Assembly (NCBI RefSeq): GCF_963921235.1
Contig: NC_086108.1
Location: 118,050,001-118,114,000 of the forward strand
Source of the DNA: Mobula hypostoma
Taxonomy: Eukaryota
Length of the DNA stretch: 64,000 bases
Direction of reading: 5' to 3'
The notes beneath the pieces are model-generated. The model was not told the DNA's origin. It made no database searches and saw only the letters and a list, made by a program, of their open reading frames with translations. Made by a program: the position numbers and the translations under genes. Shown here piece by piece: positions 27,601-39,800 of this stretch. Within the stretch, counting starts at the first letter, position 1, and each line of letters begins with the position of its first letter.

Positions 27601-30600
27601 CATGGCAGCAGTTTCAGGGCAGGAGATACAGGTCAGTAGTTTCTGAACAGGATATTTAGGGCAGGAGTTAGAGGACTGGAGTTACTGCACAGGAGTTTCA
27701 GGGCTGATGTTTCATGGCAGTAGTTTCAGGGCAGGAGTCTCAGAGCATGAGATTCAGGGCAGGACTTTCGGAACAGGAGATTCAGGGCATGAGATTCACG
27801 GAAGGAGATTCAGGGCAGGATTTTCTGCAGAGGAGGTTTAGGGCATAAGTTTCAGGGCAGGAGATTCAGAACAGGAGTTTCAGCGCATGTTTTACAGGGC
27901 AGGAGAATCAGGGCAGGAGTTTCAGAGCAGGAGTTTCTGCACAGGAGATTCAGTGCAGGACGTTCAGGGAAGGAGTTTCAGGGTAGAAGTGTCAGGGCGG
28001 GAGTTTCAGACATGAATTTCAGGGAATGAGATTCAGGGCAGCAGTTTCAGGGCAGGAGATACAGGTCAGGAATCTCTGAACAGGATATTCAGGGCAGGAG
28101 TTAGAGGACTGAAGTTACTGCACAGGAGTTTCAGGGCTGATGTTTCATGGCAGTAGTTTCAGGGCAGGAGTCTCAGAGCATGAGATTCAGGGCAGGACTT
28201 TCGGAACAGGAGATTCAGTGCATGAGATTCACGGATGGAGATTCAGGGCATGAGATTCAGGGCCGGAGTTTCTGCAGAGGAGGTTCAGGGCAGGAGTTTC
28301 AGGGCAGGAGATTCAGGGAAGGAGTTTCTGCACAGGAGATTCAGAGCAGGAGTTTCAGGGCATGAGATTCAGGGCAGGAGTTTCAGGACATGAGTTTCAG
28401 GGCATGTCATTCAGGGCATGAGTTTCAGGGCAGGAGATTCAGAACAGGAGTTTCAGGGCATGTTTTACAGGACAGGAGAATCAGGGCAGGAGTTTCAGAG
28501 CAGGAGTTTCTGCACAGGAGATTCAGAGCAGGAGTTTCAGGGCATGAGATTCATGGCATGAGATTCACGGAAGGAGATTCAGGGCATGAGATTCAGGGCA
28601 GGATTTTCTGCAGAGGAGGTTCAGTGCAGGAGTTTCAGGGCATGAGATTCAGGGCGGGAGATACAGGGCATGAGTTTCAGGGCATGTCATTCAGGGCATG
28701 AGTTTCAGGGCAGGAGATTCAGAACAGGCGTTTCAGGGCATGTTTTACAGGGCAGGAGAATCAGGGCAGGAGTTTCAGAGCAGGAGTTTCTGCACAGGAG
28801 ATTCAGTGCAGGACGTTTAGGGAAGGAGTTTCAGGGTAGAAGTGTCAGGGCAGGAGTTTCAGACATGAATTTTAGGGAATGAGATTCAGGGCAGCAGTTT
28901 CATGGCAGGAGATACAGGTCAGGAGTTTCTGAACAGGATATTCAGGGCAGGAGTTAGAGGACTGGAGTTACTGCACAGGAGTTTCAGGGCTGATGTTTCA
29001 TGGCAGTAGTTTCAGGGCAGGAGTCTCAGAGCATGAGATTCAGGGCAGGACTTTCGGAACAGGAGATTCAGTGCATGAGATTCACGGATGGAGATTCAGG
29101 GCATGAGATTCAGGGCCGGAGTTTCTGCAGAGGAGGTTCAGGGCAGGAGTTTCAGGGCAGGTGATTCAGGGCAGGAGATTCAGGGCATGAGATTCAGGGC
29201 ATGAGTTTCAGGGCAGGAGATTCAGGGCAGGAGTTTCAGGGCAGGAGATTCAGGGCAGGAGTTTCAGGGCAGGAGATTCAGGGCAGGAGATTCAGGGCAT
29301 GAGATTCAGGGCAGGAGTTTCAGGGCATGAGATTCAGGGCAGGAGTTTCAGGGCAGGAGATTAAGGGCAGGAGATTCAGGGCATGAGATTCAGGGCATGA
29401 GTTTCAGGGCAGGAGATTCAGAGCAGGAGTTTCAGGGCATGAGATTCAGGGCAGGAGTTTCAGGGCATGAGATTCAGGGCATGAGATTCAGGGCATAAGT
29501 TTCAGGGCAGGAGATTCAGGGCAGGAATTTCAGGGCATGTGATACAGGGCATGATAATCAGGGCAGGAGTTTCAGAGCAGGAGTTTCTGCACAGGAGATT
29601 CAGTGCAGGGCGTTCAGGGCAGGAGTTTCAGGGTAGAAGTGTCAGGGCAGGAGTTTCAGACATGAATTTCGGGAATGAGATTCAGGGCAGCAGTTTCAGT
29701 GCAGGAGATACAGCTCATGAGTTTCTGAACAGGAGATTCAGGGCAGGAGTTAGAGGACTGGAGTTACTGCACAGGAGTTTCAGGGCAGATGTTTCATGGC
29801 AGTAGTTTCAGGGTAGGAGTTTCAGGGCATGAGATTCAGGGCATGAGTTTCAGGGCATGAGATTCAGGGCAGGACTTTCAGTACAGGAGATTCAAGGCAT
29901 GAGATTCACGGAAGCAGATTCAGGGCATGAGATTCAGGGCAGGATTTTCTGCAGAGGAGGTTCAGGGCAGGAGTTTCAGGGCATGAGATTTAGAGCAGGA
30001 GTTTTAGAACATGTGATTGAGGGCAGAAGTTTCAGGGCATAAGTTTCAGGGCAGGAGATTCAGAACAGGAGTTTCAGGGCATGTTTTTCAGGGCAGGAGA
30101 ATCAGGGCAGGAGTATCAGTGCAGGAGTTTCAGGGCAGGAGATTCAGTGCAGGACGTTCAGGGAAGGAGTTTCAGGGTAGAAGTGTCAGGGCGGGAGTTT
30201 CAGACATGAATTTCAGGGAATGAGATTCAGGGCAGCAGTTTCAGGGCAGGAGATACAGGTCAGTAGTTTCTGAACAGGAGATTCAGGGCAGGAGTTAGAG
30301 GACTGGAGTTACTGCACAGGAGTTTCAGGGCTGATGTTTCATGGCAGTAGTTTCAGGGCAGGAGTCTCAGAGCATGAGATTCAGGGCAGGACTTTCGGAA
30401 CAGGAGATTCAGGGCATGAGATTCACGGATGGAGATTCAGGGCATGAGATTCAGGGCCGGAGTTTCTGCAGAGGAGGTTCAGGGCAGGAGTTTCAGGGCA
30501 GGAGATTCAGGGAAGGAGTTTCTGCACAGGAGATTCAGAGCAGGAGTTTCAGGGCATGAGATTCAGGGCAGGAGTTTCAGGGCATGAGATTCAGGGCAGG

Positions 30601-33600
30601 AGTTTCAGGGCATGAGTTTCAGGGCAGGAGATTCAGAACAGGAGTTTCAGGGCATGTTTTACAGGGCAGGAGAATCAGGGCAGGAGTTTCAGAGCAGGAG
30701 TTTCAGAGCATGAGATTCAGGGCAGGACTTTCGGAACAGGAGATTCAGGGCATGAGATTCACGGAAGGAGATTCAGGGCATGAGATTCAGGGCAGGATTT
30801 TCTGCAGAGGAGGTTCAGTGCAGGAGTTTCAGGGCATGAGATTTAGGGCAGGAGTTTTAGAACATGAGATTGAGGGCAGGAGTTTCAGGGCATAAGTTTC
30901 ATGTCAGGGGATTCAGAACAGGAGTTTCAGGGCATGTTTTACAGGGTAGGAGAATCAGGGCAGGAGTTTCAGAGCAGGAGTTCCAGGGCAGGAGATTCAG
31001 GGCAGGACGTTCAGGGCAGGAGTTTCAGGGTAGAAGTGTCAGGGCAGGAGTTTCAGATATGACTTTCAGGGCATGAAATTCAGGGCAGGAGTTTCAGGGC
31101 AGGAGATTCAGGGAAGGAGTTTCTGGGCATGAGATTCAGGGCAGGAGTTAGAGGACTGGAGTTACTGCACAGGAGTTTCAGGGCTGATGTTTCATGGCAG
31201 TAGTTTCAGGGCAGGAGTCTCAGAGCATGAGATTCAGGGCAGGACTTTCGGAACAGGAGATTCAGTGCATGAGATTCACGGATGGAGATTCAGGGCATGA
31301 GATTCAGGGCCGGAGTTTCTGCAGAGGAGGTTCAGGGCAGGAGTTTCAGGGCAGGTGATTCAGGGAAGGAGTTTCTGCACAGGTGATTCAGGGCATGAGT
31401 TTCAGGGCAGGAGATTCAGGGCAGGAGATTCAGGGCATGAGATTCAGGGCAGGAGATTCAGGGCATGAGATTCAGGGCAGGAGTTTCAGGGCAGGAGATT
31501 CAGGGCAGGAGATTCAGGGCATGAGATTCAGGGCATGAGTTTCAGGGCAGGAGATTCAGAGCAGGAGTTTCAGGGCATAAGTTTCAGGGCAGGAGATTCA
31601 GAACAGGAGTTTCAGGGCATGTTTTACAGGGCAGGAGAATCAGGGCAGGAGTTTCAGAGCAGGAGTTTCTGCACAGGAGATTCAGTGCAGGACGTTCAGG
31701 GAAGGAGTTTTAGGGTAGAAGTGTCAGGGCAGGAGTTTCAGACATGAATTTCGGGAATGAGATTCAGGGCAGCAGTTTCAGGGCAGGATTTTCTGCAGAG
31801 GAGTTCAGGGCAGGAGTTTCAGGGCAGGAGATTCAGGGCAGGAGATTCAGGGTATGAGATTCAGGGCCTGAGATTCAGGGCAGGAGATTCAGGGCAGGAG
31901 TTTCAGGGCAGGAGATTCAGGGCAGGAGTTTCAGGGCAGGAGATTCAGGGCAGGAGATTCAGGGCATGAGATTCAGGGCAGGAGTTTCAGGGCATGAGAT
32001 TCAGGGCAGGAGTTTCAGGGCAGGAGATTCAGGGCAGGAGATTCAGGGCATGAGATTCAGGGCAGGAGTTTCAGGGCATGAGATTCAGGGCAGGAGTTTC
32101 AGGGCATGAGATTCAGGGCAGGAGTTTCAGGGCATGAGTTTCAGGGCAGGAGATTCAGGGCAGGAGTTTCAGGGCATGTTTTACAGGGCAGGAGATTCAG
32201 GGCAGGAGTTTCAGAGCAGGAGTTTCTGCACAGGAGATTCAGTGCAGGGCGTTCAGGGCAGAAGTTTCAGGGTAGAAGTGTCAGGGCTGGAGTTTCAGAC
32301 ATGAATTTCGGGAATAAGATTCAGGGCAGCAGTTTCAGGGCAGGAGATACAGCTCAGGTGTTTCTGAACAGGAGATTCAGGGCAGGAGTTTCAGGGCATG
32401 AGTTACAGGGCAGGAGTTTCAGGGCATGAGTTTCAGGGCAGGAGTTTCAGGGCAGGAGTTTCAGGGCATGAGATTCAGGGCAGGAGTTTCAGGGCATGAG
32501 ATTCAGGGCAGGAGTTTCAGGGCAGGAGATTCAGGGCATGAGATTCAGGGCAGGAGATTCAGGGCATGAGATTCAGCAAAGGAGATTCAGGGCAGGAGTT
32601 TCAGGGCATGAGATTCAGGGCAGGAGTTTCAGGGCATGAGATTCAGGGCAGGAGTTTCAGGGCATGAGTTTCAGGGCAGGAGATTCAGGGCAGGAGTTTC
32701 AGGGCATGAGATTCAGGGCAGGAGATTCAGGGCAGGAGTTTCAGAGCAGGAGTTTCAGGGCATGAGATTCAGGGCAGGAGTTTCAGGGCAGGAGATTCAG
32801 GGCATGAGATTCAGGGCAGGAGATTCAGGGCAGGAGATTCAGGGCAGGAGTTTCTGCAGAGGAGATTCAGGGCAGGAGTTTCAGGGCATGAGATTCAGGG
32901 CAGGAGTTTCAGGGCATGAGATTCAGGGCAGGAGTTTCAGGGCATGAGTTTCAGGGCAGGAGATTCAGGGCAGGAGTTTCAGGGCATGATTTTCAGGTCA
33001 GGAGATTCAGGGCAGGAGTTTCAGAGCAGGAGTTTCAGGGCAGGAGATTCAGGGCAGGAGATTCAGGGCAGGAGTTTCAGGGCAGGAGTTTCAGGACATG
33101 AGTTTCAGGGCATGAGATTCAGGGCAGGAGTTTCAGGGCAGGAGATTCAGGGCAGGAGTTTCAGGGCAGGAGATTCAGGGCAGGAGTTTCAGGGCTGGAG
33201 TTTCAGGGCAGGAGTTTCAGGGCATGAGATTCAGGGCAGTAGTTTCAGGGCAGGAGTTTCAGGGCAGGAGATTCAGGGCAGGACTTTCGGAACAGGAGAT
33301 TCAGTGCATGAGATTCACGGATGGAGATTCAGGGCATGAGATTCAGGGCCGGAGTTTCTGCAGAGGAGGTTCAGGGCAGGAGTTTCAGGGCAGGTGATTC
33401 AGGGCAGGAGATACTGGGCATGAGATTTACTGAAGGAGATTCAGGGCATGAGATTCAGGGCATGAGTTTCACGGCTGGAGATTCAGGGCAGGAGTTTCAG
33501 GGCCTGAGATTCAGCGCATGAGTTTCAGGGCAGGAGTTTCAGAGCAGGAGTTTCAGGGCATGAGTTTCAGAGCAGGAGATTCAGGGCAGGAGTTTCAGGG

Positions 33601-34899
33601 CATGTTTTACAGGACAGGAGAATCAGAGCAGGAGTTTCAGAGCAGGAGTTTCTGCACAGGAGATTCAGTGCAGGGCGTTCAGGGCAGGAGTTTCAGGGTA
33701 GAAGTGTCAGGGCAGGAGTTTCAGACATGAATTTCGGGAATGAGATTCAGGGCAGCAGTTTCAGGGCAGGAGATACAGCTCAGGATTTTCTGAACAGGAG
33801 ATTCAGGGCAGGAGTTAGAGGACTGGAGTTACTGCACAGGAGTTTCAGGGCAGATGTTTCATGGCAGTAGTTTCAGGGTAGGAGTCTCAGGGCATGAGAT
33901 TCAGGGCAGGAGTTTCAGAGCATGAGATTCAGGGCAGGACTTTCGGAATAGGAGATTCAGTGCATGAGATTCACGGAAGGAGATTCAGGGCATGAGATTC
34001 AGGGCAGGATTTTCTGCAGAGGAGGTTCAGTGCAGGAGTTTCAGGGCATGAGATTTAGGGCAGGAGGTTTAGAACATGAGATTGAGGGCAGGAGTTTCAG
34101 GGCATGAGTTTCAGGGCAGGAGATTCAGGGCAGGAGTTTCAGGGCATGAGTTTCAAGGCAGGAGAATCAGGGCAGGAGTTTCAGTGCAGGAGTTTCTGCA
34201 CAGGAGATTCAGTGCAGGACGTTCAGGGAAGGAGTTTCAGGGTAGAAGTGTCAGGGCAGGAGTTTCAGACATGAATTTTAGGGAATGAGATTCAGGGCAG
34301 CAGTTTCATGGCAGGAGATACAGGTCAGGAGTTTCTGAACAGGATATTCAGGGCAGGAGTTTCAGGGCAGGAGTTACTGCACAGGAGTTTCAGGGCATGA
34401 GTTTCAGGGCAGTAGTTTCAGAGCAGGAGTTTCATGGCATGAGATTCAGGGCTGTAGTTTCAGGGCAGGAGATTCAGGGCATGAGATTCAGGGCAGGAGA
34501 TTCAGGGCATGAGATTCAGGGCAGGAGTTTCAGGGCAGGAGATTCAGGGCAGGAGTTTCAGGGCAGGAGATTCAGGGCAGGAGATTCAGGGCATGAGATT
34601 CAGGGCAGGAGTTTCAGGGCATGAGATTCAGGGCAGGAGTTTCAGGGCAGGAGATTCAGGGCAGGAGATTCAGGGCATGAGATTCAGGGCATGAGTTTCA
34701 GGGCAGGAGATTCAGGGCAGGAGTTTCAGGGCATGAGTTTCAGGGCAGGAGATTCAGGGCAGGAGTTTCAGGGCATGTTTTACAGGACAGGAGAATCAGA
34801 GCAGGAGTTTCAGAGCAGGAGTTTCTGCACAGGAGATTCAGTGCAGGGCGTTCAGGGCAGGAGTTTCAGGGCAGAAGTTTCAGGGCAGGAGTTTCAGGG

Positions 34900-36880
34900 C
34901 ATGAGATTCAGGGCATGAGATTCAGGGCAGGAGATTCAGGGCAGGAGTTTCAGGGCAGGAGATTCAGGGCAGGAGTTTCAGGGCTGGAGTTTCAGGGCAG
35001 GAGTTTCAGGGCATGAGTTTCAGGGCAGTAGATTCAGGGCAGGAGTTTCAGGGCATGAGATTCAGGGCAGGAGTTTCAGGGCATGAGATTCAGGGCAGGA
35101 GTTTCAGGGCAGGAGATTCAGGGCATGAGATTCAGGGCAGGAGATTCAGGGCATGAGATTCAGGGCAGGAGTTTCAGCACAGGAGATTCAGGGCAGGAGT
35201 TTCAGGGCAGGAGATTCAGGGCAGGAGTTTCAGGGCATGAGATTCAGGGCATGAGTTTCAGGGCAGGAGATTCAGGGCAGGAGTTTCAGGGCAGGAGATT
35301 CAGGGCAGGAGTTTCAGGGCAGGAGATTCAGGGCAGGAGATTCAGGGCATGAGATTCAGGGCAGGAGATTCAGGGCATGAGATTCAGGGCAGGAGTTTCA
35401 GGGCAGGAGATTCAGGGCAGGAGATTCAGGGCATGAGATTCAGGGCATGAGTTTCAGGGCAGGAGATTCAGGGCAGGAGTTTCAGGGCAGGAGTTTCAGG
35501 GCATGAGATTCAGGGCAGGAGTTTCAGGGCAGGAGATTCAGGGCATGAGATTCAGGGCAGGAGATTCAGGGCATGAGATTCAGGGCAGGAGTTTCAGGGC
35601 AGGAGATTCAGGGCAGGAGTTTCAGGGCAGGAGATTCAGGGCAGGAGTTTCAGGGCAGGAGATTCAGGGCAGGAGTTTCAGGGCATGAGATTCAGGGCAG
35701 GAGTTTCAGGGCATGAGATTCAGGGCAGGAGTTTCAGGGCATGAGATTCAGGGCAGGAGATTCAGGGCAGGAGTTTCAGGGCATGAGATTCAGGGCAGGA
35801 GATTCAGGGCAGGAGATTCAGGGCAGGAGTTTCAGGGCATGAGATTCAGGGCAGGAGTTTCAGGGCAGGAGATTCAGGGCATGAGATTCAGGGCAGGAGA
35901 TTCAGGGCATGAGATTCAGGGCATGAGTTTCAGGGCAGGAGATTCAGGGCAGGAGTTTCAGGGCATGAGATTCAGGGCAGGAGTTTCAGGGCATGAGATT
36001 CAGGGCAGGAGTTTCAGGGCAGGAGTTTCAGGGCAGGAGTGTCAGGGCAGGAGTTTCAGGACATGAGTTTCAGGGCATGAGATTCAGGGCAGGAGTTTCA
36101 GGGCAGGAGATTCAGGGCAGGAGTTTCAGGGCATGAGATTCAGGGCAGGAGTTTCAGGACTGGAGTTACTGCACAGGAGTTTCAGGGCAGATGTTTCAGG
36201 GCAGGAGTTTCAGGGCAGGAGTTTCAGGGCATGAGTTTCAGGGCAGGAGATTCAGGGCAGGAGTTTCAGGGCATGAGATTCAGGGCAGGAGTTTCAGGGC
36301 ATGAGATTCAGGGCAGGAGTTTCAGGGCATGAGTTTCAGGGCAGGAGATTCAGGGCAGGAGTTTCAGGGCATGTTTTTCAGGGCATGAGTTTCAGGGCAG
36401 GAGTTTCAGCACAGGAGATTCAGGGCAGGAGATTGAGGGCAGGAGTTTCGTGGCATAAGATTCAGGGCATGAGATTCAGGGCAGGAGTTTCAGGGCAGGA
36501 GATTCAGGGCAGGAGTTTCAGGGCAGGAGATTCAGGGCAGGAGTTTCAGGGCTGGAGTTTCAGGGCATGAGTTTCAGGGCAGGTGTTTCAGGGCAGGAGA
36601 TTCAGGGCAGGAGTTTCAGGGCATGAGATTCAGGGCAGGAGTTTCAGGGCATGAGATTCAGGGCATGAGTTTCAGGGCAGCAGATTCAGAGCAGGAGTTT
36701 CAGGGCATGAGATTCAGGGCAGGAGTTTCAGGGCATGAGATTCAGGGCAGGAGTTTCAGGGCATGAGATTCAGGGCAGGAGATTCAGGGCAGGAGTTTCA
36801 GGGCATGAGTTTCAGGGCAGGAGAATCAGGGCAGGAGTTTCAGAGCAGGAGTTTCAGGGCAGGAGATTCAGGGCAGGGCG
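34900..36880 (+). repeat. Near-pure consensus tract within subfamily A
   Basis: Diagnostic A variants almost vanish. Only isolated relics remain, such as GGACTGGAGTTACTGCAC at ~36157 and CATGTTTTTC at ~36370. Confidence 0.85.
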
Positions 36881-39800
36881 TTCAGGGCAGGTGTTTCAGG
36901 GTAGAAGTGTCTGGGCATTAGTTTCAAACATGAATTTCAGGGAATGAGATTCAGGGCAGCAATTTCAGGGCAGGAGATACAGGTCAGTAGTTTCTGAACA
37001 GGAGATTCAGGGCAGGAGTTAGAGGACTGGAGTTACTGCACAGGAATTTCAGGGCAGATGTTTCATGGCAGTAGTTTCAGGGCAGGAGTCTCAGGGCATG
37101 AGATTTAGTGCATGAGTTTCAGGGCAGGAGTTTCAGGGCATGTTTTTCAGGGCAGGAGATTCAGGGCAGGAGTTTCAGGGCAGGAGTTTCAGGGCAGGAG
37201 ATTCAGGGCAGGAGTTTCAGGGCTGGAGTTTCAGGGCAGGAGTTTCAGGGCATGAGATTCAGGGCAGGAGTTTCAGGGCAGGAGTTTCAGGGCATGAGAT
37301 TCAGGGCAGGAGTTTCAGGGCAGGAGATTCAGGGCATGAGATTCAGGGCATGAGATTCAGGGCATGAGATTCAGGGCAGGAGTTTCAGGGCATGAGATTC
37401 AGGGCAGGAGTTTCAGGGCAGGAGATTCAGGGCAGGAGTTTCAGGGCAGGAGATTCAGGGCAGGAGTTTCAGGGCATGAGATTCAGGGCATGAGTTTCAG
37501 GGCAGGAGTTTCAGGGCAGGAGATTCAGGGCAGGAGATTCAGGGCAGGAGATTCAGGGCATGAGATTCAGGGCATGAGATTCAGGGCAGGAGTTTCAGGG
37601 CAGGAGTTTCAGGGCTGGAGATTCAGGGCATGAGTTTCAGGGCAGGAGATTCAGGGCAGGAGTTTCAGGGCATGAGATTCAGGGCATGAGATTCAGGGCA
37701 GGAGATTCAGGGCATGAGATTCAGGGCAGGAGTTTCAGGGCAGGAGATTCAGGGCAGGAGATTCAGGGCATGAGATTCAGGGCAGGAGATTCTGGGCATG
37801 AGATTAAGGGCATGAAATTCAGGGAAGGAGTTTCATGGCAAGAGTTTCTGCACTGGCGATTCAGGGGAGATGTTTCAGGGCAGGAGATTCAGGGCAGGAG
37901 TTTCAGGGCATGAGATTCAGGGCATGAGATTCAGGGCAGGAGATTCAGGGCATGAGATTCAGGGCAGTAGTTTAAGGGCATGAGATTCAGGGCAGGAGAT
38001 TCATGGCATGAGATTCAGGGCTGGAGTTTCAGGGCAGGAAATTCAGGGCAGGAGTTTCAGGGCAGGAGATTCAGGGCAGGAGTTTCAGGGCATGAGATTC
38101 AGGGCAGGAGATTCAGGGCATGAGATTCAGGGCATGAGATTCAGGGCAGGAGTTTCAGGGCAGGAGTTTCAGGGCAGGAGATTCAGGGCATGAGTTTCAG
38201 GGCAGGAGATTCAGGGCAGGAGTTTCAGGGCATGAGATTCAGGGCAGGAGATTCAGGGCATGAGATTCAGGGCATGAGATTCAGGGCAGGAGTTTCAGGG
38301 CATGAGATTCAGGGCAGGAGTTTCAGGGCATGAGTTTCAGGGCAGGAGATTCAGGGCAGGAGATTCAGGGCATGTTTTTCAGGGCAGGAGATTCAGGGCA
38401 GGAGTTTCAGGGCAGGAGTTTCAGGACAGGGGATTCAGGGCAGGAGATTCAGGGCAGGAGTTTCAGGACATGAGATTCAGGGCATGAGATTCAGGGCAGG
38501 AGTTTCAGGGCAGGAGATTCAGGGCAGTAGTTTCAGGGCAGGAGATTCAGGGCAGGAGTTTCAGGACTGGAGTTACTGCTGCATGAGTTTCAGGGCAGAT
38601 GTTTCAGGGCAGGAGTTTCAGGGCAGGAGTTTCAGGGCATGAGATTCAGGGCAGGAGTTTCAGGGCATGAGATTCAGGGCATGAGTTTCAGGGCAGCAGA
38701 TTCAGAGCAGGAGATTCAGGGCATGAGATTCAGGGCAGGAGTTTCAGGGCATGAGATTCAGGGCAGGAGTTTCAGGGCATAAGTTTCAGGGCAGGAGATT
38801 CAGAACAGGAGTTTCAGGGCATGAGTTTCAGGGCAGGAGAATCAGGGCAGGAGTTTCAGAGCAGGAGTTTCTGCACAGGAGATTCTGTGCAGGACGTTCA
38901 GGGCAGGAGTTTCAGGGTAGAAGTGTCAGGGCAGGAGTTTCAGATATGACTTTCAGGGCATGAGATTCAGGGCAGCAGTTTCAGGGCAGGAGATACAGCT
39001 CAGGAGTTTCTGAACAGGAGATTCAGGGCAGGAGTTAGAGGACTGGAGTTACTGCACAGGAGTTTCAGGGCAGATGTTTCATGGCAGTATTTTCAGAGCA
39101 GGAGTCCCAGGGCATGAGATTCAGGGCAGGAGTTTCAGGGCATGAGATTCAGGGCAGGAGATTCAGGGCAGGAGATTCAGGGCATGAGATTCAGGGCAGG
39201 AGATTCAGGGCATGAGATTCAGGGCAGGATTTTCTGCAGAGGACGTTCAGGGCAGGAGATTCAGGGCAGGAGAGTTAGGGAACGAGTTTCTGCACAGGAG
39301 AATCAGGGCAGGAGTTTCAGGGCATGAGATTTAGGGCAGGATTTTCAGGACATGAGATTGAGGGCAGGAGTTTCAGGGCATGAGTTTCAGGGCAGGAGAT
39401 TCAGAACAGGAGTTTCAGGGCATGTTTTACAGGACAGGAGAATCAGGGCAGGAGTTTCAGAGCAGGAGTTTCTGCACAGGAGATTCAGAGCAGGAGTTTC
39501 AGGGCATGAGATTCAGGGCAGGAGTTTCAGGACATGAGATTGAGGGCAGGACGTTCAGGGCAGGAGTTTCAGGGTAGAAGTGTCAGGGCAGGAGTTTCAG
39601 ACATGACTTTCAGGGCATGAGATTCAGGGCAGCAGTTTCAGGGCAGGAGATTCAGGGCAGGAGTTTCAGGGCAGGAGACTCAGGGCAGGAGTTAGAGGAT
39701 TGGAGTTACTGCACAGGAGTTTCAGGGCTGATGTTTCATGGCAGTAGTTTCAGGGCAGGAGTCTCAGAGCATGAGATTCAGGGCAGGAGTTTCTGAACAG

